Positions 42,868 through 52,870 of a DNA stretch of 64,000 nucleotides are shown here, one piece after another. Source of the DNA: Spirochaetaceae bacterium (lineage in GTDB: Bacteria; Spirochaetota; Spirochaetia; DSM-2461); the NCBI GenBank assembly GCA_051531975.1, contig JAOPTT010000006.1:128656-192655 (forward strand), given 5' to 3'. The stretch's first letter is position 1; every line of letters starts with the position of its first letter. The position numbers were made by a program, and so were the translations under genes. The notes beneath the pieces are model-generated. The model saw only the letters and a list, made by a program, of their open reading frames with translations, had not been told where the DNA came from and did not search any database.

Positions 42868-43725
42868 TTAATACTCATCAAGAAAGCTATGCTTCTCCTT
42901 ATTTTTTGTCCAGCCAATTATTGCATCGGTAAATATATTTTTACTGGACATAAATATACTTTTATCAACATCCTGAAATGTTTCTCCAAGTTTTTTAATT
43001 AGATCTTTAACCTCACGTCTTTTACTAGATGTTTTTTTAGCGGCTACAATACAACCACAATTCATGGCATTTAGTCCATTTTCAGATGTGAACTCTTTTA
43101 TATCGTCCTCTCTAACATAATATAGTGGTCTAATTAACTCCATATTCTCAAAATTAGTTGATTTTAATTTAGGCATCATTGTTTGATATTTACCAGAGCA
43201 TAGAACATTCATCATTATTGTCTCTATTACATCGTCATAGTGGTGACCTAATGCGACTTTGTTACATCCTAACTCCTCTGCCATAGCGTAGAGTGCTCCC
43301 CGCCTCATTCTTGCACATAGGTAACATGGATAGTCATTTGCTATTTTATCTACTACCTTAAATACATCTCTATCGAATATTTTTAAATCGATATCTAAGT
43401 GTTTGCAGTTACTCTTTAGTTGATTCTTATTAGCTTCATTAAAACCAGGATCCATAGAGATAAAGTGAAGGTCAAACTTAAAAGGACCGTGTTTTTGAAG
43501 TTCTTGAAATAGTTTTGCCATTAATAGACTGTCTTTCCCACCGGAAATTGCAACAGCTATTGAATCTCCTTCGTTTACAAGTCCAAACTCTTTAATACCC
43601 TTTATAAAAGGGGTCCATAGAGTTTTTCTCATAGTAGTAATTAGACATTTCTCTATATCTTTAACTGATTGTAGAGCATTTTTAGGTATTATTAACTCAC
43701 AACCACTTCCTGAAACTCCTGACAT
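42868..43725 (-). CDS. ttcA: TtcA-like tRNA 2-thiocytidine biosynthesis protein (PP-loop)
   Basis: SGGKDS, CYLCARMRRG, ALGHHYDD, LIRPL; GGAGGA RBS before ATG 43725. Confidence 0.85.
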   Translation of the reverse strand: MSGVSGSGCELIIPKNALQSVKDIEKCLITTMRKTLWTPFIKGIKEFGLVNEGDSIAVAISGGKDSLLMAKLFQELQKHGPFKFDLHFISMDPGFNEANKNQLKSNCKHLDIDLKIFDRDVFKVVDKIANDYPCYLCARMRRGALYAMAEELGCNKVALGHHYDDVIETIMMNVLCSGKYQTMMPKLKSTNFENMELIRPLYYVREDDIKEFTSENGLNAMNCGCIVAAKKTSSKRREVKDLIKKLGETFQDVDKSIFMSSKNIFTDAIIGWTKNKEKHSFLDEY

Positions 43726-43920
43726 TATCATCCTCCGTTTGTAGGATATTATTTAGGAAATTGGTAATGAAATCAAGATAATATACACTAATATTGATAG
43801 TATAATTATTTCTATAATTTGTAATCCTTAATTTAAGGGATTGAAGATCCTGAGAATTTAAAGTTGAACACATATAAAATATATATGAAGGGAATGGTAA
43901 AGCTCTGAAAAAGTTTTAGA

Positions 43921-44607
43921 TTTAGTTGGAGGAGGTAAACATCATCTATCAGGAGATATCTCTCTAGTTCATAATGGTTATATGTTCATAGATGAAATAG
44001 CTGAGTTTAAAACTTCTATAATACAAAGTTTAAGAAAGCCAATGGAGGAGAGAGTGGTATCTTTGAATAGGGCAAATGTTTCAGCTTGGTATTCTGTAAA
44101 TTTTAGACTAATAACAACAACTAACCCATGCTCATGTGTAAACTTAGGTAAAGAAGATGGTATTTGTATGTGCTCTTAAAAAGAGATTAAACGATATTGG
44201 AAACGAATAGGTTTCGCAATTATAGATTGGATTGAAATAAGGGTTTCTGTGTTTCCTATTCAACTAAAGTAATGCTTGGGATAATGGTGCTAATTCAAGG
44301 GATATTAAGATGAAGTTTTATCTTGCTGTTAATAGACAAAGAAAACGATATAAAGACTTATTAATCTCCTGTAATGCTAAGAATATCATCTATTGAAATT
44401 GATAAGTTTTGCTACCTATCTGAAGAATTAAAACAGATGTTTATTAAAAGTATTAACTCCTTGTCTTTATCATCAAGAGGTTGTCATTCTGAACTTAAAT
44501 GTAGAACTATTGCTGATTTAGAAAGGTCAGAAAACATAACATAGATACATATAATAGATGCATTTACTTATAGAAGGTATAAAGATGAGGATTATTATTT
44601 TAGTTGA
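43921..44607 (+). pseudogene. comM: comM copy 3, right piece (comM about 22893-23584)
   Basis: Resumes at LVGGGKHH and runs to YRRYKDEDYYFS*; many stops and frameshifts. Confidence 0.93.
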
Positions 44608-44703
44608 ATATGTCCAATCCAAGTTTATGTTTTTATTTCAATTTTAAATCACCACTTCCATTTTATAATTGACAATAAATAAGCTGTCTTATATAATTAT
44701 TTT

Positions 44704-45912
44704 ATGAAAAAGTTATATTTCTTTCTAATATTTATCTTAATTAGTTTTAATTTAATATATTCTGAAAATAGAGTAGCTCTAGTAATTGGCAACGGAAATT
44801 ATTCCAGTAGTCCTCTTAAAAATCCTGTTAATGATGCAAAAGATATGGCATCAACTCTTAAGACTCTAAATTTTGAAGTTATACTTTTAACAGACTCTAC
44901 TAAAAGAGAAATTTTATCAGGTTTTAAAACCTTTAGTAATAAATTAAATTCCGAGAGTGTAGGGCTTTTCTATTATGCAGGACATGGAACACAAATAGAT
45001 AATAAGAATTATTTAATTCCTATAGGTGCTAACATAGAAACAGCTTCTGATGTTGAATTCGAAGGTGTGGTCCTAGACCGTCTTATTAGAACCATGGAAG
45101 ATTCTAAGGTAAATAAGAGTCTAATATTTTTAGATGCGTGTAGAGATAATCCTTATGCTTCTTCAAGTAGATCAGGAACTAGAGGTTTAACAGTCGTTTC
45201 TACAACTTTAAGTGCAGATTCTGCCGGATCATTAATATCTTTTGCAACCAGTCCTGGATCGGTTGCTGCAGATGGTGATGGCGATAATGGTATATTTACA
45301 ACCGCATTGTTAAAATATTTGACAGAACCTGGGTTAGAAATAAACCAAATAATGGTAAAAGTTCGTGCTAATGTCATGGAAAATACAAATGGACAACAAC
45401 AACCATGGACAAATGTTTCGTTAACAGAGGAGTTTTACTTTTCTAAAAAAATTATCGAAACTGTTGAAACTGTTGAAGTTATTAACACTGATAGTCCTTT
45501 AGTGGTTGAACCCGTAATTACTCCTAACTCCAAAATAAACAAATGGTATATTGATACAGGTTTCGTTTTTTTATACCACGATTCAACAGAATCAGGTCAA
45601 ATTGCTTTTCCTGGTATTAGTATTGGTGCTTCATATACAATTTCCAATTTTATATCTTTAGGTATAGCAGGAGCTTTAGTTAATAAAATGTTTATAAATA
45701 CTGGTACAGAAATGGAAGATGAAGGGGAAGAAGGCTTATACCCTGGAGGTTATGTTACTGTATCTATTGGTAATGTTAAAAATGGAGCTGCAATTAATGT
45801 AATTCTGGGACTACCAATTGGTTTCGGTATTTCATACAAGAACCTTTTTGTTAACTTCTTAACACTTGTAGATTATGGTGGTTCAGGTTTACAAATTGGT
45901 TATTCATTTTAA
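44704..45912 (+). CDS. Secreted caspase-family (peptidase C14) protein with beta-rich C-terminal domain
   Basis: RVALVIGN, LKNPVNDA, catalytic YYAGHG and LDACR, QQPW; signal peptide; terminal IGYSF. Confidence 0.9.
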   Translation: MKKLYFFLIFILISFNLIYSENRVALVIGNGNYSSSPLKNPVNDAKDMASTLKTLNFEVILLTDSTKREILSGFKTFSNKLNSESVGLFYYAGHGTQIDNKNYLIPIGANIETASDVEFEGVVLDRLIRTMEDSKVNKSLIFLDACRDNPYASSSRSGTRGLTVVSTTLSADSAGSLISFATSPGSVAADGDGDNGIFTTALLKYLTEPGLEINQIMVKVRANVMENTNGQQQPWTNVSLTEEFYFSKKIIETVETVEVINTDSPLVVEPVITPNSKINKWYIDTGFVFLYHDSTESGQIAFPGISIGASYTISNFISLGIAGALVNKMFINTGTEMEDEGEEGLYPGGYVTVSIGNVKNGAAINVILGLPIGFGISYKNLFVNFLTLVDYGGSGLQIGYSF

Positions 45913-45942
45913 ACTATACATATTAATTTCCGAAATATATAT

Positions 45943-45973
45943 AGATTAATAGAAACTGCAAATCCTTGCACAT
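45943..45973 (+). repeat. 31-bp comM micro-remnant (RLIETANPCT versus RLIATANPCP)
   Basis: 24/31 nt match to comM near 23078-23108, same orientation. Confidence 0.5.
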
Positions 45974-46341
45974 ACTATGGTTTTTTAAGCTAATGTAGAA
46001 AATCTCCCAATTAGATTACTTCTCTCTAAAGATCTCGTGTGTTTCAAGTAGACACACAAGGGCAAATAAAGGTTATATAAGTTCGTCAATTTTAGATTGT
46101 ATTAGAAAAGTAGAAAGTTTATCCATAATTCGATCACATTTATACCCATAGTGGCTTTGTTTATTCTCCCAGGAATATGATTGCTTCACATAAGTCTTTT
46201 CGTTTTGTCATTGTAATAATATATTCATAAAAATTAATTTAATATCAAATGATAGCCCCAATTGGTAAGCTCTGTTCTTGAATAAAAAGATTGTAATTTT
46301 ATCAGAAAATTGATTTAGAATTATCATTTTAGATTTTAATA

Positions 46342-46503
46342 ATATAAAAGTTGAATAAAAACAACAAGGATTATTCATAAATCCTACTAAAATGGTATAT
46401 AATAAGAATTTTAGGTTTTATATATATAAAGTTGCATAAAAATAACAAAATTCATTCATATATCCTACCAAAATGGTATATAATTAAATTATATATTTTA
46501 TAT
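46342..46503 (+). promoter_or_regulatory. Tandem ~82-bp duplicated promoter-like unit
   Basis: Two copies of aaagttg.ataaaaa.aacaa...ttcata.atcctac.aaaatggtatataat, each ending in TATAAT. Confidence 0.75.
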
Positions 46504-46525
46504 TATTAATTGTAGAGGATATATC

Positions 46526-49504
46526 ATGAAAATTAAAAGAACAGGAATTATTAAAAGTTATTTATTTATATCAATCTTATCTATTATATTAGGCGCTTGT
46601 TCTAACCCTTTGATTACTGACCTGATGGAAACACTGGAAAATGATGTCGTTGAAGCTCAAGCCGGTGACCCTCCTGTTTTGGAATCTTTGAATGTTGCAG
46701 ATGGCGCTGTAGATATCTCCACCTCAATTGTTCTCTCAGTCGAATTCAAAGTTGAAATGGATCCTCTTACAATAATAAGTGAAAATATAACCCTTTCTAA
46801 AGCCCAGAATGATGTCGTTATAAGTTCTGCTATTGTATATGACGATGCTACAAAAACATTTTCTCTAACTCCTTCGTCAACTCTTGATAAAGAAGCTGAA
46901 TATAAGCTTTCTATCACTACCAGTGTTAAGAGTCTACAGGGTGCTGCTCTTGAGAGTGAAATTGTCAGAAATTTTACAACCAGATATTTTCATGATACAG
47001 AAGTTGGAATCCAACTGTATTATTCCAGCAACAATCTTGTCTTGAATTCTGGAGCACCAATTTATATTGAATTCTGGTCATCTCCTCTTCAATATGTTCC
47101 CAGTAATACACCAACAACGATCCTTGTTCTTTCATCCCCTGTAATAACATCTGCCGGTAAAATTGCTATTCCTATTTCATCCTTTCCAGCGGGTTTTTCT
47201 TCAGGTATGTTTAAGTTTTTTCATGATATAAATGGTAGCTATGGATCTGATTCAGATTCAGATGATAGTGCAGATTCTATTTATTGGTATAACTCTTCTG
47301 GTAGTGGTAATATGTCTCCTGATGATAGTGAAGATTCCGGTTATGAATTCATGGTAAACCAGGATGTTAATGATCGTTTTATGTTTGTAGATTCTGGGGG
47401 GACTTCTATTCCTGTTGATGGAAGTGGTTTGCCAACTTCTACTCCTGCTTTCTACAGTTTGAAAGATAATTTTCTTTTATCAGCAGGTAATGGATATACT
47501 ATAAACTATACTGATGGAAGTGCATTTGCAGCTGATCCTTTTGAAACAGCTGAATCTTCAAATAACTATAGAAACATTGATCATGGTACTTACGAGATCG
47601 CTAGAAATCTTCATTCTCTGGATGATGTTGATTATTTTACATTTACACCAGCATCTAGTGATGTTTATGAAATTCGTGTTAATGAATCAGAATTTGAATT
47701 TCAGGTGGGACTGTATTCTAGCGAGTCTAATATGTTAACTGATTCTAGTCCTCTTGCTACTCCGAACAATGGTTCAGCTGCCCGTGTTGTAAACGGCACT
47801 GGGACATTTCTTACAGGAGGATCTACATATTATATACGAGTTGAAAGCCCTTCCAGTGGAATGGGACCCTATGAGATTGGATATTTTTACAAACCTGCCA
47901 CACCAGATGCTGCTGAAGATGCAGATGATGTTATAGGCACCGCTCCTGCATTAACCTTAGGAAGGTCAAATGCGCTTACCAGAACCCTAGAAGCAGGTAG
48001 CGACACAGATTATTATTCTTTTGACCTGGTTAATGGATGGGATTACATTGTTGAAGTTGTAGAAGATCCAACTTATTTCAATTTTTCAGCAGAATCCAGA
48101 AATATTGATTTTAATCTCAGGTTTTACAAAGATGGTACACCACAGGGATCCTTTGCTCCATTTCCTAATACGATGATTATCCCAGGTTCCGATGACTGGA
48201 ATTACCCCGATACAAGCAACTACCATATTGAAGTTCAGAACAACTCAACACCGATTGGTGATGAACAGGATCTACCAAGTGGTCAGTACAAGATACTTAT
48301 AACATATTCTTTCGACGGGAGTGATCAGGCTAATAATCCAAATACAGACCCAACAAATGAATATGATAATTGGAACGAACACGGTCCGGCCTCTTACCAG
48401 GCATCGGTTTATGTCTCTCCAGGAACTAAGGGAAGGGAACGGACTATCTACTCTACTACTGAAGTAAATCCTGAGGATGATGTAGACTGGATAAGGTTTT
48501 ATGTTGCAGATATATATGATTATTACAATTTTAAGGCTGAACCTATAGCTGGAGCCGACGGAGTTGTTGTTGACTTTGAAATCTATGGTTCAACTACTGT
48601 ATCAAGTGAGATTGTACCGGATACAGGTTCAGGCTCAGTAGCTTCATCTCAGCAATGGGTATCAGACACATCAATAAGAACAGCCAGTTTTTATCCACTT
48701 ACTGCCCGGACTTATGTTGATGAATCAAATCCAAGCTCTGAAGAACACTACTGGTGGGCGAAGGTTACAAGGGACTCTTCACATTCGGGTAATCCTATAA
48801 CCGGAGCTTATAACTTTAAATATCTGACAGGTCCCGACTGGATGGATATAGATTATCCGGACTCAGAGGTTGATGTATATTCAGGAACTTATGCTGAAAA
48901 TAATATTGTTTATACCGGCGGAATGGATGAAACGCCATGGATAGGAAAACCATTTTCAGATGCTGGCTATGATTTTGAGACAAGAAATGAACTTATCTGG
49001 GGAAATATGGGTGGAAATCCAGATATTGAGATAGAGTACAACTCATTGTTTAGAAGAGATTATAATTATTCTTCTTCAGGTGAATGGGACGGTGTGACTG
49101 ATAAAGGTACAGATTTTGATTTCAAGTGGTTCCAGATGCCTACAAGTCCACCAACTATTATACCTTTTAATATTGTAATCTACTCAAGGGCTGAATATAC
49201 AATACCAGTTAAACTTAGTGTCTGGCGGATTACTCAGGCTCAATGGACTACATTATCATCAGACAGATATATCACTGAAGCTGAACTAAACGCAACAGAT
49301 ACGCCAACACTTTATTATACTAGTTATGAAACAGGTGAAGAAACCGATAAACTTGAAATTATTGATTATTCAGATGTAGCGGAAACAGATTATATATTCA
49401 TGAAATTTGAAATTGATGATTCTAGAACAACATATGTAGACGGTGACGGAGTGACACAGAATTATTCGAATTCTGGAGCATATCAAATCTGGATATTCAG
49501 ATAG
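46526..49504 (+). CDS. Large surface lipoprotein with Ig-like (Big_5) and PPC-like domains
   Basis: Lipobox LGAC; F...MDP.TI..LTP...L...Y Ig motif; repeated D.DYF/Y.F motifs. Confidence 0.8.
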   Translation: MKIKRTGIIKSYLFISILSIILGACSNPLITDLMETLENDVVEAQAGDPPVLESLNVADGAVDISTSIVLSVEFKVEMDPLTIISENITLSKAQNDVVISSAIVYDDATKTFSLTPSSTLDKEAEYKLSITTSVKSLQGAALESEIVRNFTTRYFHDTEVGIQLYYSSNNLVLNSGAPIYIEFWSSPLQYVPSNTPTTILVLSSPVITSAGKIAIPISSFPAGFSSGMFKFFHDINGSYGSDSDSDDSADSIYWYNSSGSGNMSPDDSEDSGYEFMVNQDVNDRFMFVDSGGTSIPVDGSGLPTSTPAFYSLKDNFLLSAGNGYTINYTDGSAFAADPFETAESSNNYRNIDHGTYEIARNLHSLDDVDYFTFTPASSDVYEIRVNESEFEFQVGLYSSESNMLTDSSPLATPNNGSAARVVNGTGTFLTGGSTYYIRVESPSSGMGPYEIGYFYKPATPDAAEDADDVIGTAPALTLGRSNALTRTLEAGSDTDYYSFDLVNGWDYIVEVVEDPTYFNFSAESRNIDFNLRFYKDGTPQGSFAPFPNTMIIPGSDDWNYPDTSNYHIEVQNNSTPIGDEQDLPSGQYKILITYSFDGSDQANNPNTDPTNEYDNWNEHGPASYQASVYVSPGTKGRERTIYSTTEVNPEDDVDWIRFYVADIYDYYNFKAEPIAGADGVVVDFEIYGSTTVSSEIVPDTGSGSVASSQQWVSDTSIRTASFYPLTARTYVDESNPSSEEHYWWAKVTRDSSHSGNPITGAYNFKYLTGPDWMDIDYPDSEVDVYSGTYAENNIVYTGGMDETPWIGKPFSDAGYDFETRNELIWGNMGGNPDIEIEYNSLFRRDYNYSSSGEWDGVTDKGTDFDFKWFQMPTSPPTIIPFNIVIYSRAEYTIPVKLSVWRITQAQWTTLSSDRYITEAELNATDTPTLYYTSYETGEETDKLEIIDYSDVAETDYIFMKFEIDDSRTTYVDGDGVTQNYSNSGAYQIWIFR

Positions 49505-49595
49505 CATGATAATAGTTGCGAGCGTAGATTACCGTACAATTATCAACCTGTCCTGTTTTGAAGAATATACTAATTACGATTAAAGGAAGAACAAT

Positions 49596-51680
49596 ATGAG
49601 AGAAGTCAGATATTATTTAATTATTTGTTTATTTTTAAGTCTAGTCACTTTGTTATCAGCCCAGAATTCAAATTTCTCTATTGATCTCAATCCTAAAATA
49701 AGTATACCAATGCGGACAAGCGCCGACCTCTATTCAATTGGTGGAGGTGCAGTTTTATCCGGTACATATGATCCATCATTACCTTATTATATTAAGGGAG
49801 GAATAGGATATGAATTAATCCCCACTCTAGCTACAGAAAATATGAATTTAATAACAGGTTCTATTGGTGGTGGATTACGACTTGATATTGGTGATTTTAT
49901 TACTTACCGCCTAGGTGCTTATGGTGGTGCTTATCTTGTCTCATACGACGATATAACAGCGTGGAACCCTTATGGTGGCGCAGAGACCGGATTACAGTTT
50001 AATATTACAAAGTCAATTCAAGTTTCGTTAATGGGATCATATGATTATTATGTTGGAGAAATTCTTACAACTCCATCTATTTCAGAAGAGTCTTTTTTTG
50101 AAGGAGTATCTGCATTTATAGGAATTTCCTTTAATCCCGGAGCTATCTCAGGCTCTGGTATAAGACGTCCTCGAATGGAAATTTTCCCACCTTCGTTTAA
50201 TTCAATCTTTCCAGTATTTTATCAATACTACAACGATAATACTTTAGGTTCTGTAATAATTCGTAATGATGAAAAAAATACTATTACAGATGTTAAGGTA
50301 AGTTTTTTTGTTAATCAGTTTATGGAAGCCCCAAAACTAAGTGCAGTAATAGATGAATTAAAGAGTGGGGAAGAAGTAGAAATACCTTTATATGGTTTAT
50401 TTAAAGATTCTGTTCTGGGAGTTACTGAAGTTACTACAGTAACTGCACAGATTTTTGTTGAATATAATGAAGATGAAGATATCTTAAATACCTCTTTTTC
50501 TGAAAGTATAAAAATATTAAACCGAAATAATATGACCTGGGATGATGATAGAAAAGCTGCTGCATTTGTTACAGCCAATGATCCTACAGTTCTTAGATTT
50601 GCCCGAAATATTGCTTCATCAATAAGAAGTGATAGAAAAACTGCTGTAAATGAAAATCTGAGAAATGCAATGGCTATTTTTCAGGCTTTAAATATTTTTG
50701 GTATGAGATATGTCATCGACCCTGATTCGTCCTATATTGAATTATCTGAAAATGAAAAATTTCTTGATTTTCTTCAATTTCCCCAACAAACATTGGATTA
50801 TCGAACAGGAGACTGTGATGATTTATCTATTCTATATTCTGCACTACTTGAATCAGTTGGAATTCGAACTGCATTTATTACTATTCCAGGTCATATTTAT
50901 ATGGCTTTTGCTCTAGATATGGATGAAAAAAAAGCAATTAAAACATTTTCACAACCAAATAATTTAATTATTGTAGATGATGAGGCCTGGGTACCTGTTG
51001 AGATAACAATGATGAAAGATGATTTTCTGTCTGCCTGGAAAACAGGAGCAAAACAGTGGAGGGAAAATAATCCCGTAGGGCTCGCAGGGATGTATAAGAT
51101 AAGAGATGCATGGAAAACTTATTCTCCTACAGGATTTGCATCAACAGCTTTAGATGTGAATGTTCCTCAAACAACAGAAGTTTTACCTAATTACTTAAAA
51201 ATTTTGAATACTTTTATTAAACAGGAAATTGGTCCTCGTGTAATAGATCTGAAAAAAAGAATTATTGCTAGTAACAATAATCCCCGGGTAATAAACAGTC
51301 TAGGAATATTATATGCTAGATATGGTTTATATGATGAAGCTAGTGAACAATTTAATCTTGCTGTTAAAACAGATGAATATCTTCCGTCCCTTATTAATCT
51401 TGGAAATATTGCTTTTTTAAATAAAGAAACTGAAATAGCACGTGGTTATTTGGAGCGTGCCAGAGTTGTTAGGGATGATCATCCAAAAGTTCTTGTGAAA
51501 CTTGCTAGAATACATTTTGATCTTGAAGAATATAAAAAGGCAACTAAAAGGTATAGAGAAGCAGAGGTCATTGATCCAGAAATTGTCCAGGCTTATAGTT
51601 ATATTGTTAACGAAAATAAAGATTCAGCTAGAGCCTCTGCAGCACAGGAACGTAATATAGTTTCATGGGATGAGGAATAA
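49596..51680 (+). CDS. Secreted protein with beta-barrel-like N-terminus, transglutaminase-like core and TPRs
   Basis: QFPQQTL..RTGDCDDLSILY, IPGHIY, C-terminal NSLGILYARYG TPR. Confidence 0.75.
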   Translation: MREVRYYLIICLFLSLVTLLSAQNSNFSIDLNPKISIPMRTSADLYSIGGGAVLSGTYDPSLPYYIKGGIGYELIPTLATENMNLITGSIGGGLRLDIGDFITYRLGAYGGAYLVSYDDITAWNPYGGAETGLQFNITKSIQVSLMGSYDYYVGEILTTPSISEESFFEGVSAFIGISFNPGAISGSGIRRPRMEIFPPSFNSIFPVFYQYYNDNTLGSVIIRNDEKNTITDVKVSFFVNQFMEAPKLSAVIDELKSGEEVEIPLYGLFKDSVLGVTEVTTVTAQIFVEYNEDEDILNTSFSESIKILNRNNMTWDDDRKAAAFVTANDPTVLRFARNIASSIRSDRKTAVNENLRNAMAIFQALNIFGMRYVIDPDSSYIELSENEKFLDFLQFPQQTLDYRTGDCDDLSILYSALLESVGIRTAFITIPGHIYMAFALDMDEKKAIKTFSQPNNLIIVDDEAWVPVEITMMKDDFLSAWKTGAKQWRENNPVGLAGMYKIRDAWKTYSPTGFASTALDVNVPQTTEVLPNYLKILNTFIKQEIGPRVIDLKKRIIASNNNPRVINSLGILYARYGLYDEASEQFNLAVKTDEYLPSLINLGNIAFLNKETEIARGYLERARVVRDDHPKVLVKLARIHFDLEEYKKATKRYREAEVIDPEIVQAYSYIVNENKDSARASAAQERNIVSWDEE

Positions 51681-51708
51681 CGTTTATGAAATATTTCTAT
51701 GTTAAAAT

Positions 51709-52278
51709 ATGGTGAAAAATTGTACAATTAAAAATATATTTCCAGGTGAATATTATGTTTCAAATAGAGGCGAAGTAATTTCTACAATTCTTGGTTCATG
51801 TATATCAGTTTGTCTTTACGACACAGTCAATAACATTAGTGGTATGAATCATTTCATGTTACCAGAAAGACTATCATCAGCTTTTGTTACTAATGATTAT
51901 GATTTTGATAGTTCATCACTTCTTAACAATTCTCTACGTTATGGTGCTTACTCTATGGAGTTATTGATAAATGAGATTATTAAATTGGGTGGTGAAAAAA
52001 AGTACTTGAATGCTAAGGTCTTTGGTGGTGGTAAAGTTCTCAATTATATAAGTGATAGACAATCTATTGGAGAGCAAAATACTGATTTTGTATTAGCTTT
52101 TTTAAAGGCTGAAAACATTGAAGTTATCAGTAAAGATGTAGGTGGTAATACTGGTCGTCAGATTAAGTATTATACAGATCGAGATGTAGTATATGTAAAG
52201 AATATACCTATAAGTGGTATTCCAGAAGTTGAAGAAACTATACCAGAAACTGGTAAAGTTATACTCTTCAATATATAA
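51709..52278 (+). CDS. cheD: Chemoreceptor glutamine deamidase CheD
   Basis: PGEYYV, TILGSCISVCLYD, GMNHFMLP, AKVFGGG, DVGG..GR. Confidence 0.93.
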   Translation: MVKNCTIKNIFPGEYYVSNRGEVISTILGSCISVCLYDTVNNISGMNHFMLPERLSSAFVTNDYDFDSSSLLNNSLRYGAYSMELLINEIIKLGGEKKYLNAKVFGGGKVLNYISDRQSIGEQNTDFVLAFLKAENIEVISKDVGGNTGRQIKYYTDRDVVYVKNIPISGIPEVEETIPETGKVILFNI

Positions 52279-52289
52279 AATAGAGAGTC

Positions 52290-52712
52290 TTAATTAAAGA
52301 ACTCTTTAAAGGAATCAAAACCTTTAAATTTTGCATCTATCAAAGCAACATAAGTTTCTTCATTAGATGAGAAAAAAGTTCCTTTTTTTGAGCTATAATG
52401 AACAGCTTGATTTTTTAAAATGCTTTCTTGAATATTTTTATCCACTATAATAATAAAAGTACTGGTGCTATCAGGATTATCTTTTAATCTATTTGAATGT
52501 GATTTCATATACTCTAAAAAATCTTGAGGACCCAAATCCCACAGTCTAAAATCCAAAATCATAACCCAAGGTTTTTCTATTTTTGGTCTAATTATATCTA
52601 ACTCTTTTTCAAGATCGATAAAGAGTTCAACATTTGTTGATCCTTCTATACTTACATATAATATATCAAGAAATAATTTAATTTTGTATTTACCATGAGC
52701 ACGTTTAATCAT
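52290..52712 (-). CDS. Hypothetical protein (STAS/SEC14-like)
   Basis: 140-aa ORF; W.MILDFR.W.LGP motif. Confidence 0.55.
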   Translation of the reverse strand: MIKRAHGKYKIKLFLDILYVSIEGSTNVELFIDLEKELDIIRPKIEKPWVMILDFRLWDLGPQDFLEYMKSHSNRLKDNPDSTSTFIIIVDKNIQESILKNQAVHYSSKKGTFFSSNEETYVALIDAKFKGFDSFKEFFN

Positions 52713-52870
52713 AATTTAATATTAAGTCAGACAAAGGTGCATTTCAAGAGCTACAATTTACTTCTGTGTAATATTCTTCTTAATACAGATATAAATATAC
52801 TCTTAAACTCTCGAGAATATTCTTTTCCGTCAAAGTACTTAAAATCAGTTAATGAAGATTTTTATTATGA

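Noticed and set aside
28284..44607. comM copies as an assembly artefact
   Set aside because: Each copy has its own substitutions, indels and boundaries, unlike collapsed or duplicated contigs; long reads would settle it
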